A DNA stretch of 63,979 nt, filler included, from Octopus bimaculoides (taxonomy: Eukaryota): assembly GCF_001194135.2 (NCBI RefSeq). It is 7 parts of 5 records of this genome, joined end to end, with 100 filler letters (N's around TTAATTAATTAA, not from the genome) between each part and the next. Parts side by side here need not be neighbours in the genome. Positions count along the whole stretch, not along the records: positions 32,573 to 57,467 come from NC_068988.1; 6 more parts are not named here. One strand, 5' to 3'. Positions within the stretch are counted from its first letter, which is position 1. Each line of letters opens with the position of its first letter. The notes below the pieces were generated by a model. It was not told the DNA's origin. It made no database searches and was given only the letters and a program-made list of their open reading frames with translations. Both the position numbers and the translations under genes were made by a program. This document shows positions 37,621 through 51,681 of this stretch, one piece after another.

Positions 37621-38216
37621 AAATTAGAAGTCCCCCCCAACTTCTATAAGGACATAGATATTGGCATTCCAGTTAATGAATAACGAGACAAGTTAATTTA
37701 GAATGTAGTGCAAGGAGATGGTTATTCTGCGCACACTTATAACTTTAGTTAATCCTTCAGAAGCTTGTCTCACGAGTCCGGGTTACTGAAAAACTCGTGT
37801 ACTACTTCAAACAAAAAAGCCATCGAAACTGCATTCGTATAACGTATTTAGAAGCAAGGCTAGGCTTAGCTTTGACAAATGAGATGAAATCTAACAGTTC
37901 AAAGCTGAATTGAAAATTCAAAACTATTCAGTATGCAAAGTTTGAGAGTATGAGTTTGAACATATATACATACATACATACATAAACGCCCACGTGCACA
38001 CACACACACAAACACACGCACAGACACATTGTCATATATTCACATGCATGTATGTAGTATTTGGACTCTAATATTTCTATTATATTCCCGTAAAAATTTC
38101 TGACGTTCAAAATTAGAGCACCACAATAAACAATTGTGTATTGGCAAACACTTCTCAAAAATATTTTTCTATTATTTCAAAAATACACATATACGCACAC
38201 TAGAAGCACTGAGAAA

Positions 38217-38312
<96 letters not shown>

Positions 38313-40703
38313 NNNNNNNNNNTGTGTGTGTATGTGTGTGTATATATATATATATATATGATGAATGTGTGTGTGTGCACGCGTGTGTGTGTGCACGCGT
38401 GTGTGTGTGTGTGTGTGCATGTGTGCCTGTGCATGTCTGTGTTTGTGTGTTTGTATGTGTGTGTGCGTGTGTGTGCGTGCGTGTGAGTGTATTTGTGTGC
38501 GCGTGTGTGTACTTATATGGTGTCTGTATCTTAACACATAATATAAATTTTCTGTAGCTTATACTTACACACTTCTGTTTTTTTAAATATGAATGCTATA
38601 TTTTAAAGAACAGCACTGTATTCAAATATAATATCGTGTAGTCTTTGTTCCACAGTTACTATAATATCGATATGTTATGAGAATAAAGAAGCTGACCTAT
38701 TTCTACATTTCTATGAATCTAAAATATGTAGAGATCGTTCTGCTTTTCGTTTTATTTAGGCAATTACCCAAATGGTACAGCCTTGGCAGCATTTACAAAG
38801 ATGGAGAATATACGAATGTTTAGGATACAGCTTCGAGTTGACAACTTGATGCTTTCGAAACATCTTCTATTGTATACATATGTATATTTATTTTTATTGA
38901 CGCCTGTCTGATTGATTTTTCTGTACGATCTTCGAGTAATTTCTGCTAGCAAATGTGATCGTTTCACGCTCTTTCACAAGCTTGTGTTTGTGTCTGTGTT
39001 TTAATTGATTTTTCTTGATCGACCTGTCGACTCTACTGATATATCTATGTGTTGGCGTCGTTTGATATTTGCATATTATGTTATGTTGTTGCATTTTTAT
39101 ATGCTGTGCGGTAGACGTCATAATGTATTGGCCATTTCTGTTTAATAAATAGAAAGCCTGATTGATGTTTGTTTGCTATTTACGAGGTAATTCTATATCA
39201 AATGGACTCATTATTGTTCAGTGTGGGTCTGTCTTTCACCACCAATAATGTAGTCCATTAATGAGTGTTGAGTTCGATTTTTGTAGAGAAGTGCGTAGGC
39301 AACTATCTGAACACATCATTTACTTAAATAAATTGAAGATGCAGTTATTTTTAAGAACTAATATCAATTCCATTGAAAATAAATCATTCGGGAGTGTGAG
39401 AGTTTTTGAACATTGAAAGGACAAGGCCAAACTATGTAACTCAAACCCGATATTGAATTGACGTATGGAAGCAGATCAACATTTATTGGCAAATTAGAAT
39501 AATTAGAATACACATAGTGGCAGTAAAAAGACAGGCAAATTAAGTTTAATACTGCTATGAGGGAGCAAATGTGGGAAAGTGGATGATCAAACATGGAAGG
39601 AATGAACAATATAAATAATCCTGAACTATATTAAATAGTCAATTACAGGATAAAATAGATCATTACAGAAAAAAATAGAGGATGTCTGATATAGAAATGA
39701 GATGCTTTTAAAGGAGTAAAATTAACTTCGAGTAGAAGCGTTGTCGTTGTTCAACCACATGTTCACAGTGATCTAGCGGATGTTACTGCCAATACTTCCA
39801 ACTCGTTGGTAAAATTACACAGTGCAGTAAATCGTTACTTTTCTAAAATATGATCAGAGATTATATGAGAGATATATTTGGTTGTTATTTGAAGGAATCG
39901 GGCATTTACATCGCGGTCTCATGTCGCTGCGTTAAACTATAATAATTCTCGGTGTATAAGAAGGATACCAGAAATGCATGGAAACTTGCAGTGAAAACGG
40001 AAGGGAAAAAATTAATTTTAAAACAGGGAAATAAAAGAAACAGACCAAAGAAATAAAGTGCTGTATATCAGCTGTATTATAGCTGGTAAATTATTAACTA
40101 TATCTTTTATATATTAAATTTAAACTAATGAAGCTTTTACCGTTTGCGTGTACAGTATGCATGACAATTAGCAATTAAATGACTATACCGATTATCATAT
40201 TTCTGGAATTTCGAAACCAATTGCCTTAAAGCTTACACAGTGACGATAGATCATAATCAAGCGAATAAAGAATGTTTTCAATGTTCTGGCGAAGTAATCT
40301 ACGAAAAAGTTTAGGATCGTAGATATAAACTTTTATAAGCAAATGATGTGGGAAATTGCGGATAGTTCACTATTCTTTGCGTCCACAACGTGCCACATGC
40401 TTTTAGAATGAGTCGTCATGAATACATCTGTATGCATCTATATATGTATGCCAATATGTTTCTATCTCTTTACCTATCTATCTTTCTATCTATCTATCTA
40501 TCTATCTATCTGTCTGTCTGTCTGTCTGTCTGTCTGAATGCCTCTGTCTATCTATTTATCTATCTATACACACATGCACACACACACGCACACAAACATA
40601 CACACACAAGCGTGTATATGTGTGTGAGTGTGATTGTGTGTTTATACATGTTCAACATCAATATTCCCTGATTTCGCTTAGGTATAGCTATGCTAACAAC
40701 TGG

Positions 40704-40747
<44 letters not shown>

Positions 40748-40774
40748 ACACACACACATCTCTTTGTATATATT

Positions 40775-41222
40775 CTCTTTTACTCTTTTATTTGTTTCAG
40801 TCATTTGACTGCGGCCATGCTGGAGCACCGCCTTTAGTCGAGAAAATCGACCCCAGGACTTATTCTTTGGAAGCCTAGTACTTATTCTATCGATCTCTTT
40901 TTGCNNNNNNNNNNNNNNNNNNNNNNNNNNNNNNNNNNNNNNNNNNNNNNNNNNNNNNNNNNNNNNNNNNNNNNNNNNNNNNNNNNNNNNNNNNNNNNNN
41001 NNNNNNNNNNNNNNNNNNNNNNNNNNNNNNNNNNNNNNNNNNNNNNNNNNNNNNNNCATATATACGACAGGCGTCTTTCAGTTTCCGTCTACCAAATCCA
41101 CTCACAAGGCTTTGGTTGGCCCGAGGCTATAGTAGAAGACACTTTCCCAAGGTGCCACGCAGTGGGACTGAACCCAGAACCATGTGGTTGGTAAGCAAGC
41201 TACTTACCACACAGCCATTCCT
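40775..41222 (-). mobile_element. SINE family B, little diverged, spanning a gap
   Basis: Head GGCTGTGTGGTAAGTAGCTTGCTTACCAACCACATGGTTCTGGGTTCAGTCCCACTGCGTGGCACCTTGGG plus 3' module. Confidence 0.85.
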
Positions 41223-41395
41223 ATATGTTAATGAATAACAATTACAAACTGTATTTACTGCAGCAGGTTTTGAAATCATTTAGTGGCTAAGGAATAAATT
41301 TTTGGCGAGAACTTGTAGATAGTGTATCATCAAGTTATCATATCGCAATTATACATACACCAGTGAGACTTGCCCAAATATTCACCCACTCCCAT

Positions 41396-41467
<72 letters not shown>

Positions 41468-41869
41468 TTATCTATCTATCTATCCATGACTATATTTGTC
41501 TTTCTATCCATCTGTCTCATTGATTGCATACATTCATTAAACCACGCCTGTCTGTTTATCTATTCAACAATCTCTCCGTCTATGCATCTGTCCGTCTGGC
41601 AGCCTGTTTGACGGTATGATTCTTTGTCTATCTATATATCGGTCTATCTGCCTGTTTGTTTGTTTGTTTGTTTCATTATGTTGTCTGTCGTTCTATCTGC
41701 GTATTATTCTGTCTGTCTGCCTGTCTATCTATCCATATCTCTCCCTCGTCTTGTTTGTTTAGGCAAAAACTAACTAACCGACACTGGCAGGGATACAAAG
41801 ATATAGAGTATGTTTTTGAAGGCAGGAGAGTGCACAACTGCCCCGTGTGTGAGAGCTTGTGTGCACGTG

Positions 41870-41904
<35 letters not shown>

Positions 41905-44308
41905 CGTGCATGTGTGTATGTCTGTGTGTGCATATTCTCTTGTTCAAGTCACCTTGACCCGTACACACCAGACAGATCTTTTCGGCCACACACTCCTCTC
42001 GACCGTATATTTTCTACCGTCCTTTCCACCCATCTACCCAACACCTTCGTTTAGAAATTCTACGAGACTTCCAACTTCACTAATCAAATAACATTGTGCA
42101 AACATGTATTTTCGGATATATAAATTTCAGTAAATAAATAAGTTACTACAACTCAAACGATCTCCAGTATTGTATAGTATAATAATTAATTCGCATTTTT
42201 GTGGTGATATATTCTGAATTTCTTGAAATTCTACGATATTTGTATTTACATGTAATATGCGAGGCATGAACTGGTATATGTATTCTACTTGCATCCATTC
42301 CTGTCTGATTATTTGATACAGTTAACCTAATCCTTTTAACACTAAGTGCTTTATTGATATCTGCCTAAAATTTTAGTCCATTTCCTGCTTCTTATAAAGA
42401 AAATAAATTGTTCTTATGTATGCCGACCTTTGAATCACCCTGTGTATGTATATATATATATATATATANNNNNNNNNNATATATATATATTACTATCTAT
42501 CTATATATATATATATATATACATGTATAGATAGATACTTGCATACATAATACATGCATAGGTACATACACACACACATATATACATACATACATTTAAG
42601 TGAAAGTTTTCCTTTGAATTCATGTGCGAAAATGAAACTTAAGCTTCAAAATTTTGCACTGCAAATAATAAAGGAGGTTAAATAACCACTGATTTAGATT
42701 ATAATTTAGTACCAATAGAAATATTTAAACATTGAGAACTCAACTTTGAACATCGATGGATGGACTTTTAAACATACTTCGAGTAGAATGAACGACATTT
42801 ATGTCATCCGTTATTTCTTCATTTAATAAACCTTTAAACTCGCATTGAAAAACACTAATGGGTTACATGACGTAATTTCAGTTTTCTAACATTCACGAAA
42901 AGCATCAAGAGTTAGCTTAACTAAAGTCTTCAAAAGAAACGAAAGATAATGAAAACGTTGAAACTGACGCTGGCTTTTAAAAGTTGACTCCATATTACGT
43001 GTGACTGATCAAGAGCTGTGAAAGCAAATGGATGAGATGAGATAAAGCGACATAGAGATAGTTACAGTATAGAAAGAAGAGATATCGTGGCAGATAGAGA
43101 ATAGATGAGCGACAGACAATTGAAGAGGTAGACTGGCAAATGTAAATTAAAGAGGCAGAAAAGTATAAACGGTGAGATTTGAGAAAGATACTGGAATATA
43201 TAAAAGACTGAATGTAGCTGTTAGCAGAGAGGAAGATAGATAAAGAGAAAGAGCCAGGATCAAAATTCCGAAGCAGGGACTGATAAAAAGAAATAAAAAG
43301 ACAGATACAGAGTTAAGGAAAGGGAATTGCATCAGTTGATAACGATGCGAAGACACAAATGTATGAATGATTGGATAGACTTGAATAAGTAGGAGAGATA
43401 TACAACGTGGATATAATACACGAAGTTGAGTTGAATATCAGAAGCGTCATGAATTTCCAAGATATGAAAATATCTCCGTAGACATTAAATCATTCCGTAA
43501 GATGTGATATCAAAAGTTTGAAACCTATATGAAACATTGCAATTTTAAAGCAAACTGTCTTTTAAAAGCTGGTCTATTAAGCTGAAGATTACAGTAGTCA
43601 GGAAATTTCAAAATTTATGGATATAGGATCAGGAATTTGGAATAAATCAGTATATTTTGGTTATTTGTTTCTTAAATAAAAGAATGTAATATGAATACTA
43701 CCATGCACTGCTAAATATGTGAGTGCATGTGTGTATTTGGTGTATTTAAGGACACCTGAAATGTTGTAAGGATGTATAGTTTGCATCGAGCTTCCTAAGA
43801 TTTTCATTAATATGTAATAACACAACTTTACGAAAATAAGGTTTCCGTCAACATTTACCAGTATTTTAATATTTGTCTCTTATTTCAATTCTGAGTGGTT
43901 ATGGAGTATGAAAATATCTATATTACTGTGTAACTAAATGTCTGATTATTCCGCTTGTCTGTCAATGTGTGTATATCTGTATGTATTTCTGTCCTGTAGC
44001 ATATGATATTGCATTTCACAATTATTTTCTCCTTAACTCTCATACCCACTGTTTTTATTGTATTATTTTGTGTTTCATACCAGTTCGGTCAAACGTTTGA
44101 TAGAATATTTCGATTAAAACCCTTTCATGCACTGCTCCATGTACACATGTGTATGCACACACGCAAAAATATATAAACACACAAACACACACACACACAC
44201 GCACACACACACATAAACGCACGCTCACACACGCATACACACCCACCCAAACATACGCGCACACTCACATACATGTTGACACCTACATTCAATATATACG
44301 TACAATAT

Positions 44309-44339
<31 letters not shown>

Positions 44340-44359
44340 TACACACACACACACACACA

Positions 44360-44408
<49 letters not shown>

Positions 44409-45701
44409 TCGCATATATAGTCGGTTCATTCTCGTATACCAGTGAAGCCATTGCTAGAAATAATCATTGAAATATGGAATTGATAATACCATCTGAAGCT
44501 TTTATATGTCTCGTGAGTCCCGCCTAAGAATTGCTCATAGTAGTGTATAACACACTGATGTACTGGCTAGGAAAAATAACCGGGGACACAGAATGAACTC
44601 TATTGACATGTCTTTTAATCCTGCAACTAAACAACACACCTTTCTAAAGGTCACACATTTTCTTTTCTTTCAACAATATCTGTATTATAATTTATATATG
44701 TGTGTGTGTGTGTTTATGAGTGTGTGTGTGTGTGTGTGTGTGTGCGCGCTTATGCATGCGGCTATATATAGTCTTATGTACGTATGTATATATATTTTTA
44801 TTCTGAATATGTTTAATATATTTTCATTTACTAGTAATGAAATTAGTAAATATGATAAAAGTAACAGTTTTAATATGTACATACGAATATATTTTTTCTT
44901 TCGTCATATGTGTAATAAGTGTTTTAAAATATATATCTAGAATAAAATCCTTTTGTCATTGATATCAAATATTATGCGATAGGAGTTAATTATACTTAAA
45001 ATTGCACAAGAAATTGCGTGTTTTTTGAGGAAATATCAAGAACAGTTAATTTTTTCTGCGTAAAAAGTTTGTTACATAGTAAAGCAAAAGCGATTTACAA
45101 GCTATATTTCCATACACAATCAAACAAGCCACCTCATGGTTTTAAACATATATAATTCTTATCGTAATTATCATATTGCAAATATACCTAGGTTCCTATG
45201 CGGGATGTTTTTGTTTTTTTTGTTAATAGATAATGACTTTACCTGCCATATTACCATGTACTTTTCTGTTTGCGTATGGATGTGTATCTGCACATGAAAT
45301 GATTCGTTATTAGCTTTTTTGCTCTCATATTTGGTTGGGAAGATAGCTTAACGTTTAAAACTTTCTCTAATTTCATTTCATCTACTGTGTGATGTTTGGA
45401 TTGTAGTGCTGTTGTTTGTTTTATACGTCAAAGCATATGAGACAAATAAACTTTTCATCACCGTATTTTAAATATTTGAAGAATGTTACCATATTATATC
45501 CAGCGATCCATAACACTTTGCTTACTTCAAGTGTTTTGTATTTGTATGTTAATTTAAATTTGCTATCAATAAATCTTGTGTAGATAATCCAGATTTCGTT
45601 TCGTTGAATGCAGTTCTAAAACGACATGAGGATCTTATCATTTTCAATATAACAAGTATGCAATTGTTCCATTATATACATAAGAGGGAAATATAATTTA
45701 C

Positions 45702-45762
45702 CGTATTCATTCATATGTCGTACAATAGGGAAGACCGAGAAATTCTGGAAAATGTAATGCAC
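45702..45762 (-). CDS. Candidate internal exon (phase 0 to 1)
   Basis: CCATTTTTAG acceptor, VHYIFQNFSVFPIVRHMNEY plus G, donor GTAAAT; unique sequence. Confidence 0.45.
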
Positions 45763-46853
45763 CTAAAAATGGTATTAATCTAAATCAAATATGAATTATT
45801 AGTAAAATGTATATGAATATAAACAATTAGAGTCAGACTCAGTCTTATCATAAATATTATATATATATGTATACGTATACATTGAAACGCTTTTATATAC
45901 TGAAAGGTACACACACACACACACACATACACACACACACACACACATACACACACACACACACACATACACACACACACACATTCATATATGTGNNNNN
46001 NNNNNNNNNNNNNNNNNNNNNNNNNNNNNNNNNNNNNNNNNNNNNNNNNNNNNNNNNNNNNNNNNNNNNNNNNNNNNNNNNNNNNNNNNNNNNNNNNNNN
46101 NNNNNNNNNNNNNNNNNNNNNNNNNNNNNNNNNNNNNNNNNNNNNNNNNNNNNNNNNNNNNNNNNNNNNNNNNNNNNNNNNNNNNNNNNNNNNNNNNNNN
46201 NNNNNNNNNNNNNNNNNNNNNNNNNNNNNNNNNNNNNNNNNNNNNNNNNNNNNNNNNNNNNNNNNNNNNNNNNNNNNNNNNNNNNNNNNNNNNNNNNNNN
46301 NNNNNNNNNNNNNNNNNNNNNNNNNNNNNNNNNNNNNNNNNNNNNNNNNNNNNNNNNNNNNNNNNNNNNNNNNNNNNNNNNNNNNNNNNNNNNNNNNNNN
46401 NNNNNNNNNNNNNNNNNNNNNNNNNNNNNNNNNNNNNNNNNNNNNNNNNNNNNNNNNNNNNNNNNNNNNNNNNNNNNNNNNNNNNNNNNNNNNNNNNNNN
46501 NNNNNNNNNNNNNNNNNNNNNNNNNNNNNNNNNNNNNNNNNNNNNNNNNNNNNNNNNNNNNNNNNNNNNNNNNNNNNNNNNNNNNNNNNNNNNNNNNNNN
46601 NNNNNNNNNNNNNNNNNNNNNNNNNNNNNNNNNNNNNNNNNNNNNNNNNNNNNNNNNNNNNNNNNNNNNNNNNNNNNNNNNNNNNNNNNNNNNNNNNNNN
46701 NNNNNNNNNNNNNNNNNNNNNNNNNNNNNNNNNNNNNNNNNNNNNNNNNNNNNNNNNNNNNNNNNNNNNNNNNNNNNNNNNNNNNNNNNNNNNNNNNNNN
46801 NNNNNNNNNNNNNNNNNNNNNNNNNNNNNNNNNNNNNNNNNNNNNNNNNNNNN

Positions 46854-46898
<45 letters not shown>

Positions 46899-47380
46899 TA
46901 TATATGTAAAAACGTATGCATTGTGTATATGCGAGCATATGCATACATGAGTGTTTTTCTATCTGTGTGTGTACGTTCGCCTGTGTATATGTATAAATAT
47001 ATGTATAAGGACGTTTATGTATATCTGTGTGTACTTGTGTCTGTAAGTGTGTTTGTACAGCTTGACATATTTCCGCCTGTCAATACTGTCTGTACATGTA
47101 AGCAGGTCCATCTCTTTACACACTCACAACGAATGTGGCAAGAAGAAAAAAAACTAAGCGGTTTGTGAGAGATAGAATTTCACACCCATTCATCATATCT
47201 GGTGACTTTGGTACAATTATGACTCAGCCGCAGTAGATGATGGGGTAGGGACATTCCTTCATGTATTACAGAAGGTGGGATATTATTGTCATGTAGTCAC
47301 ACAGCCCTGATATTTGGCGCAATGCGACGGTAATGCCTAATTGCGAGGGAAATATCTATTGCAACGTATAGAGAGTTTAC

Positions 47381-47422
47381 CGTCTGTTGGCCAGTTATCC
47401 TTATTTTGATGTAGTGATTATG
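47381..47422 (-). CDS. Candidate micro-exon (phase 0 to 0)
   Basis: CTTTTCATTAG acceptor, HNHYIKIRITGQQT, donor GTAAAC; the other two frames are closed. Confidence 0.25.
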
Positions 47423-49094
47423 CTAATGAAAAGTTCTAGTCGTAGTGTCCGTTACAGTGAATTTCTGTCAAAAATTTTCATTTTAGTAACATGAAAATAT
47501 TATCTCTAGCAATGAAGTGCACTTAGGTTTGTAGAGATTTATTTTGAACACACATTCTTCATTTTGTGGAAACTAGCCAATATGTGAAAGGCTTTGGCAA
47601 ATTTCTTCCTGAAGATAGCAATTTATAATTCCGTTAATTTACACCGTACTTCATTATTCAAAATTTAATTATATGTTGTACGTCTCACATCGGTAGCCAT
47701 ATATGAATAAAGATATGAAATAAACATAGTCCACGCCCGACTGCATTATATATACAAATATATGCTTAAGTTTGTGTGAATGTGTACGTATGTGTGTAAA
47801 TTCAGAACAGTAACCGAGTACCAGACATTGACGCGATGCAAACGTATATGCCATTTGATAGGCGATGGCAATGCATGTTTAAGCACCCAAGTCAAGCAAA
47901 CGTTTTATCTTATTTCAGTGACTGGATAGGATTTACTGGTGGAGAACTATCTTCCTTCACTTAAACAATTTCACCACTGTTTCACAAATAAATTCAAGCT
48001 ATCCTATTCCGGGTAGATAGATAAGTACTTAGTATACTGTCAGAGGTTTGCGATATTCAGTTCCACTTAATATTTGGAACGAATTACACCGCTAGTATGC
48101 GTGTGTGAGACTGTGTGAGAGCCATGGAACATTCTACATTAAATTCCACAATAATGACTGAACCGTGCTGAGCTTTATCTGCATTTTATGTCCGTTCTTT
48201 TCTCTTACATATATTCAATCATTCATTTTCTTTGCTTTTCCTTTTCGTTATTTTACCAAATTTTGTAATTATTATCTTCCTTAGTTCTGGCTATCTGTTA
48301 CATTTATTCTTATTTCTTATTTCGTTTTTACTTTCCATAAAGTTTTACATATATACTGAATATTTTCATATTCCATTTTGCAACTATTTCGAAAGTATCT
48401 CATATACGAGAAAACCGCAAACTCTCAATTAAAAAAATATGCATATATACGTTGACACAAACATGCATGTATATTGGGTGCTTTTATATATTATATATTA
48501 CTTCGTCAATATTTGCAGATGAGGAATCTGACAACAATGCATTTTAACGCAATTAAGGTAGAGTTCTAAATTATACAACCAGGAATCCATTTTCTGCCTT
48601 AATTAAAGTTTGCCAAATTGGGAAATGCTGAAACTAAAAGGAAATTTACCCCCCTTTTTATGCTATATCTGTGGTTCTACTTTTTAAATCCCCTGAGAAG
48701 AGATTTCGTTCTGTAGTTGAAGATTTTAGAATTAAATTCTACCTCTGCCAATAGCATTCTCGCCACACTTAAGAATTATATTGTGCGTTTTACCAGTGGT
48801 ATCGTTATCAATAATCCTCCAGACTATTGCTACAGATGAACTTGGAAAACAAATACTAATATTTAGACAGGAAAGATTACTAAATACTAAAATTTGACTA
48901 CGATACCAAGAAAATATCTAATATTAGCTTTAATTTATTGGGCCAGGATCTATTATCTTATACGTTCGAGACAAAATAATCTCATTCCTAACTCAAATGT
49001 TCGGAATATGTTGTTAGATAGAGCAAAAAAAAATATTGTGGAAAATATTCACTACCTTACATATATTGCTGTCATACTAATTTCAAATTATAGC

Positions 49095-49250
49095 ACTAGG
49101 ACAAGTAACTCCAGTGCCCAATAGGTTTTATTGACAACCGAAGGGATGCAAGGCGAAGTTAGCCTCGGCGGAATTTGAACTCAGAACGTAAAGATGGACG
49201 AAATGTTGCTAAGCATTTTGTCAGACGTGCTAACGATTCTACCATCTCAC
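49095..49250 (-). mobile_element. SINE family A
   Basis: CTCGGCGGAATTTGAACTCAGAACGTAAAG...CTAAGCATTTTG. Confidence 0.8.
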
Positions 49251-50643
49251 ATATGGCAACTATTTTGAAAATGGATATATTTTTAATAATAAAATATCAA
49301 AACAACTACGAATATAATCTCATATTTGATAAATATCACCCACCCCACTATAAGTCTTCGGACAACTGAAAAATATCTGTACAAATGTTCTCTTTTTAAT
49401 TTTAATTAGAAAAGGCAAAACTGTATATCTAGAAATATAGTCAATAGGCATTTTTATATATAAAGTATCTACTCTGGTACCTTTGTCAGGAAATTTCAAA
49501 AGTATATACAGTAATTAAAGTCTGAAGTATACTAAATCCCCAACACATACAAATGCGTCTAATTCTACATATGGAGGCAAGTAAGACAAAATATAATTCC
49601 CGATTACTTCTCTACCTTGCCGTGTGTAGCACAAATTCTGCTATGCTTAAGCGTAGAGATAGGAAACACTATAACGTATTTTAAATTGAGTTAATCAAAC
49701 CGTACAAACTAACCTAATTTCTTAACGAGACATGCATGCTGTACAACCAGTTGCGAATCAACAGCATCCGGTTTAAAGGCTAATGATATTATCAATTGGC
49801 TGTCTCTGGGTTGAATATTGTGTATTTTTCCGAATTTACCATGTGTATTCGAGTCTCACTAATTTGGTGAACATTCAGCTATAACGAACTAAAGTCGAAT
49901 CTATTCGTTTAAATAATTTATATTGATTTTAAAATCTTGGCTAACTAGCTTGTGTCTGCTCTGAAATTGAAAATTGAAATACTAGTAATATTCTTACGTA
50001 GTCCCAATCGATTACCCACAGTGTCTTATAAGCTAATTGAAAAAAATCATATGCATCTAAAATTTAAGATCTAGTAAGTCTTGCGAATTAATTTTGAGTT
50101 ATAGACTTATTCCGGAGTAATTTTCCACCCGTTTTAACACCATCACCTGACCGTTTATTGCTATATGCAGAGTTTACATTGTCAGAATTATTTGAAACAG
50201 GCGAAGAGTCTAAGAGCAACGCCATGCCTTACATCCCACTGCAATGAATGATGTGTTAAATTATTTCTAATTTTCAGTCAGTCTCGTAAGCTGTGTTCAT
50301 ACTTCGTAGTACTGTTATTTGTATTCTGGCTAATCTATAAAGAAAACGAAAAAACATAACTCATCTACTCTTTGCCGAATCACTATATCTTTACTGAAAG
50401 AGAATTAAAACACAAATTATATTCTTGAAGATCAGTTAATTCGTGCTTTCCGTTTTCCTATTTTTAGTAATGGCCAAGGGATAATTGCATAAACCAAGGG
50501 CTAATTGCAGAATTTGTCTAGATTCTTTGTCACATGATAAATTTCTACATTCTAGGAAGCGAAAGCATGCCAACAACAATAGCAACTCTAACAAAAAGAA
50601 CAACATCAACATAATGATGACGATGACGATGGTGTTGATAGTG

Positions 50644-50694
<51 letters not shown>

Positions 50695-50699
<5 letters not shown>

Positions 50700-50895
50700 T
50701 TCTACTATAGACACAAGCCTAACAATTTCGGGATTTGAGTTAAGTCTATTACATTCCCCCCCATTGCTCACCTAGTACCTCCTTTATTGTCCCCTAAAAG
50801 ATGAAAGCTAGAGGGTGGAATTTGGACTCAAGACGTGAAAACGGGCGAAATGCCGCAAAGCATTTTGCTGGACGTGATTCTGCTAGATAGCTTTC
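50695..50895 (-). mobile_element. SINE family A between (TAA)n tracts
   Basis: GGAATTTGGACTCAAGACG...AAGCATTTTG. Confidence 0.7.
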
Positions 50896-50992
50896 CTGAA
50901 CAATAATAATGACAACAACAACAACAATAATAATAATAATAATGATAGCAATAATAATAATAATAATAATAATGATAATAATAATAATAGCA

Positions 50993-51046
<54 letters not shown>

Positions 51047-51623
51047 GGCCCAACTACCACTATCCTCACCCCTACTACTGATGCTGTTAATGCCACTACT
51101 GCTGCTACTACACATAGATACAACAATAAAGGCAGTAATTGACAACGGCGATAGAAGATTGGAGGACTGCCCAACAAAGAGAGCAAAGACAGCCAGAAGT
51201 AATACAAGAACGTCAACAACACGAGAAGTAACTAAAATCTACCACCTTTTCAGAACCCGTGGTTGGAGAACATAACCTAGCTAGCGACAAAAAAAAAACT
51301 TCAACATTGAAAAAGATTAAGTTACCGTAGCTACAGAAATAAGGACGAAGGCGACGATCTTAGTCTTCATACGCTGAGCCTGTTTATCGAAGAAGATTAC
51401 AAGTGAGCACTGGACTCTCTGGAAAGTCGTTCTGCATGAGAGAATGAGTAGTTACATATCTTTTAAATTACACCTCGCATCACTGAGAAAGGCCAGATCA
51501 AATTGTGTAAGTTTTTAAACGGCTGTCCATGTGAGCATGGACCTGTGTAACCTCTGAGTCTGTTAATATAACAATGGCAAACATTAAAAAAAGATGAAAA
51601 TAATATCAGTGATATCAGTGATG

Positions 51624-51679
<56 letters not shown>

Positions 51680-51681
<2 letters not shown>

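Noticed and set aside
48500-50360. Several further 32-80 nt exon-like segments on both strands (about 48520, 48790, 49840, 50170, 50310)
   Set aside because: Too short and mutually inconsistent in strand or phase to support without transcript data.
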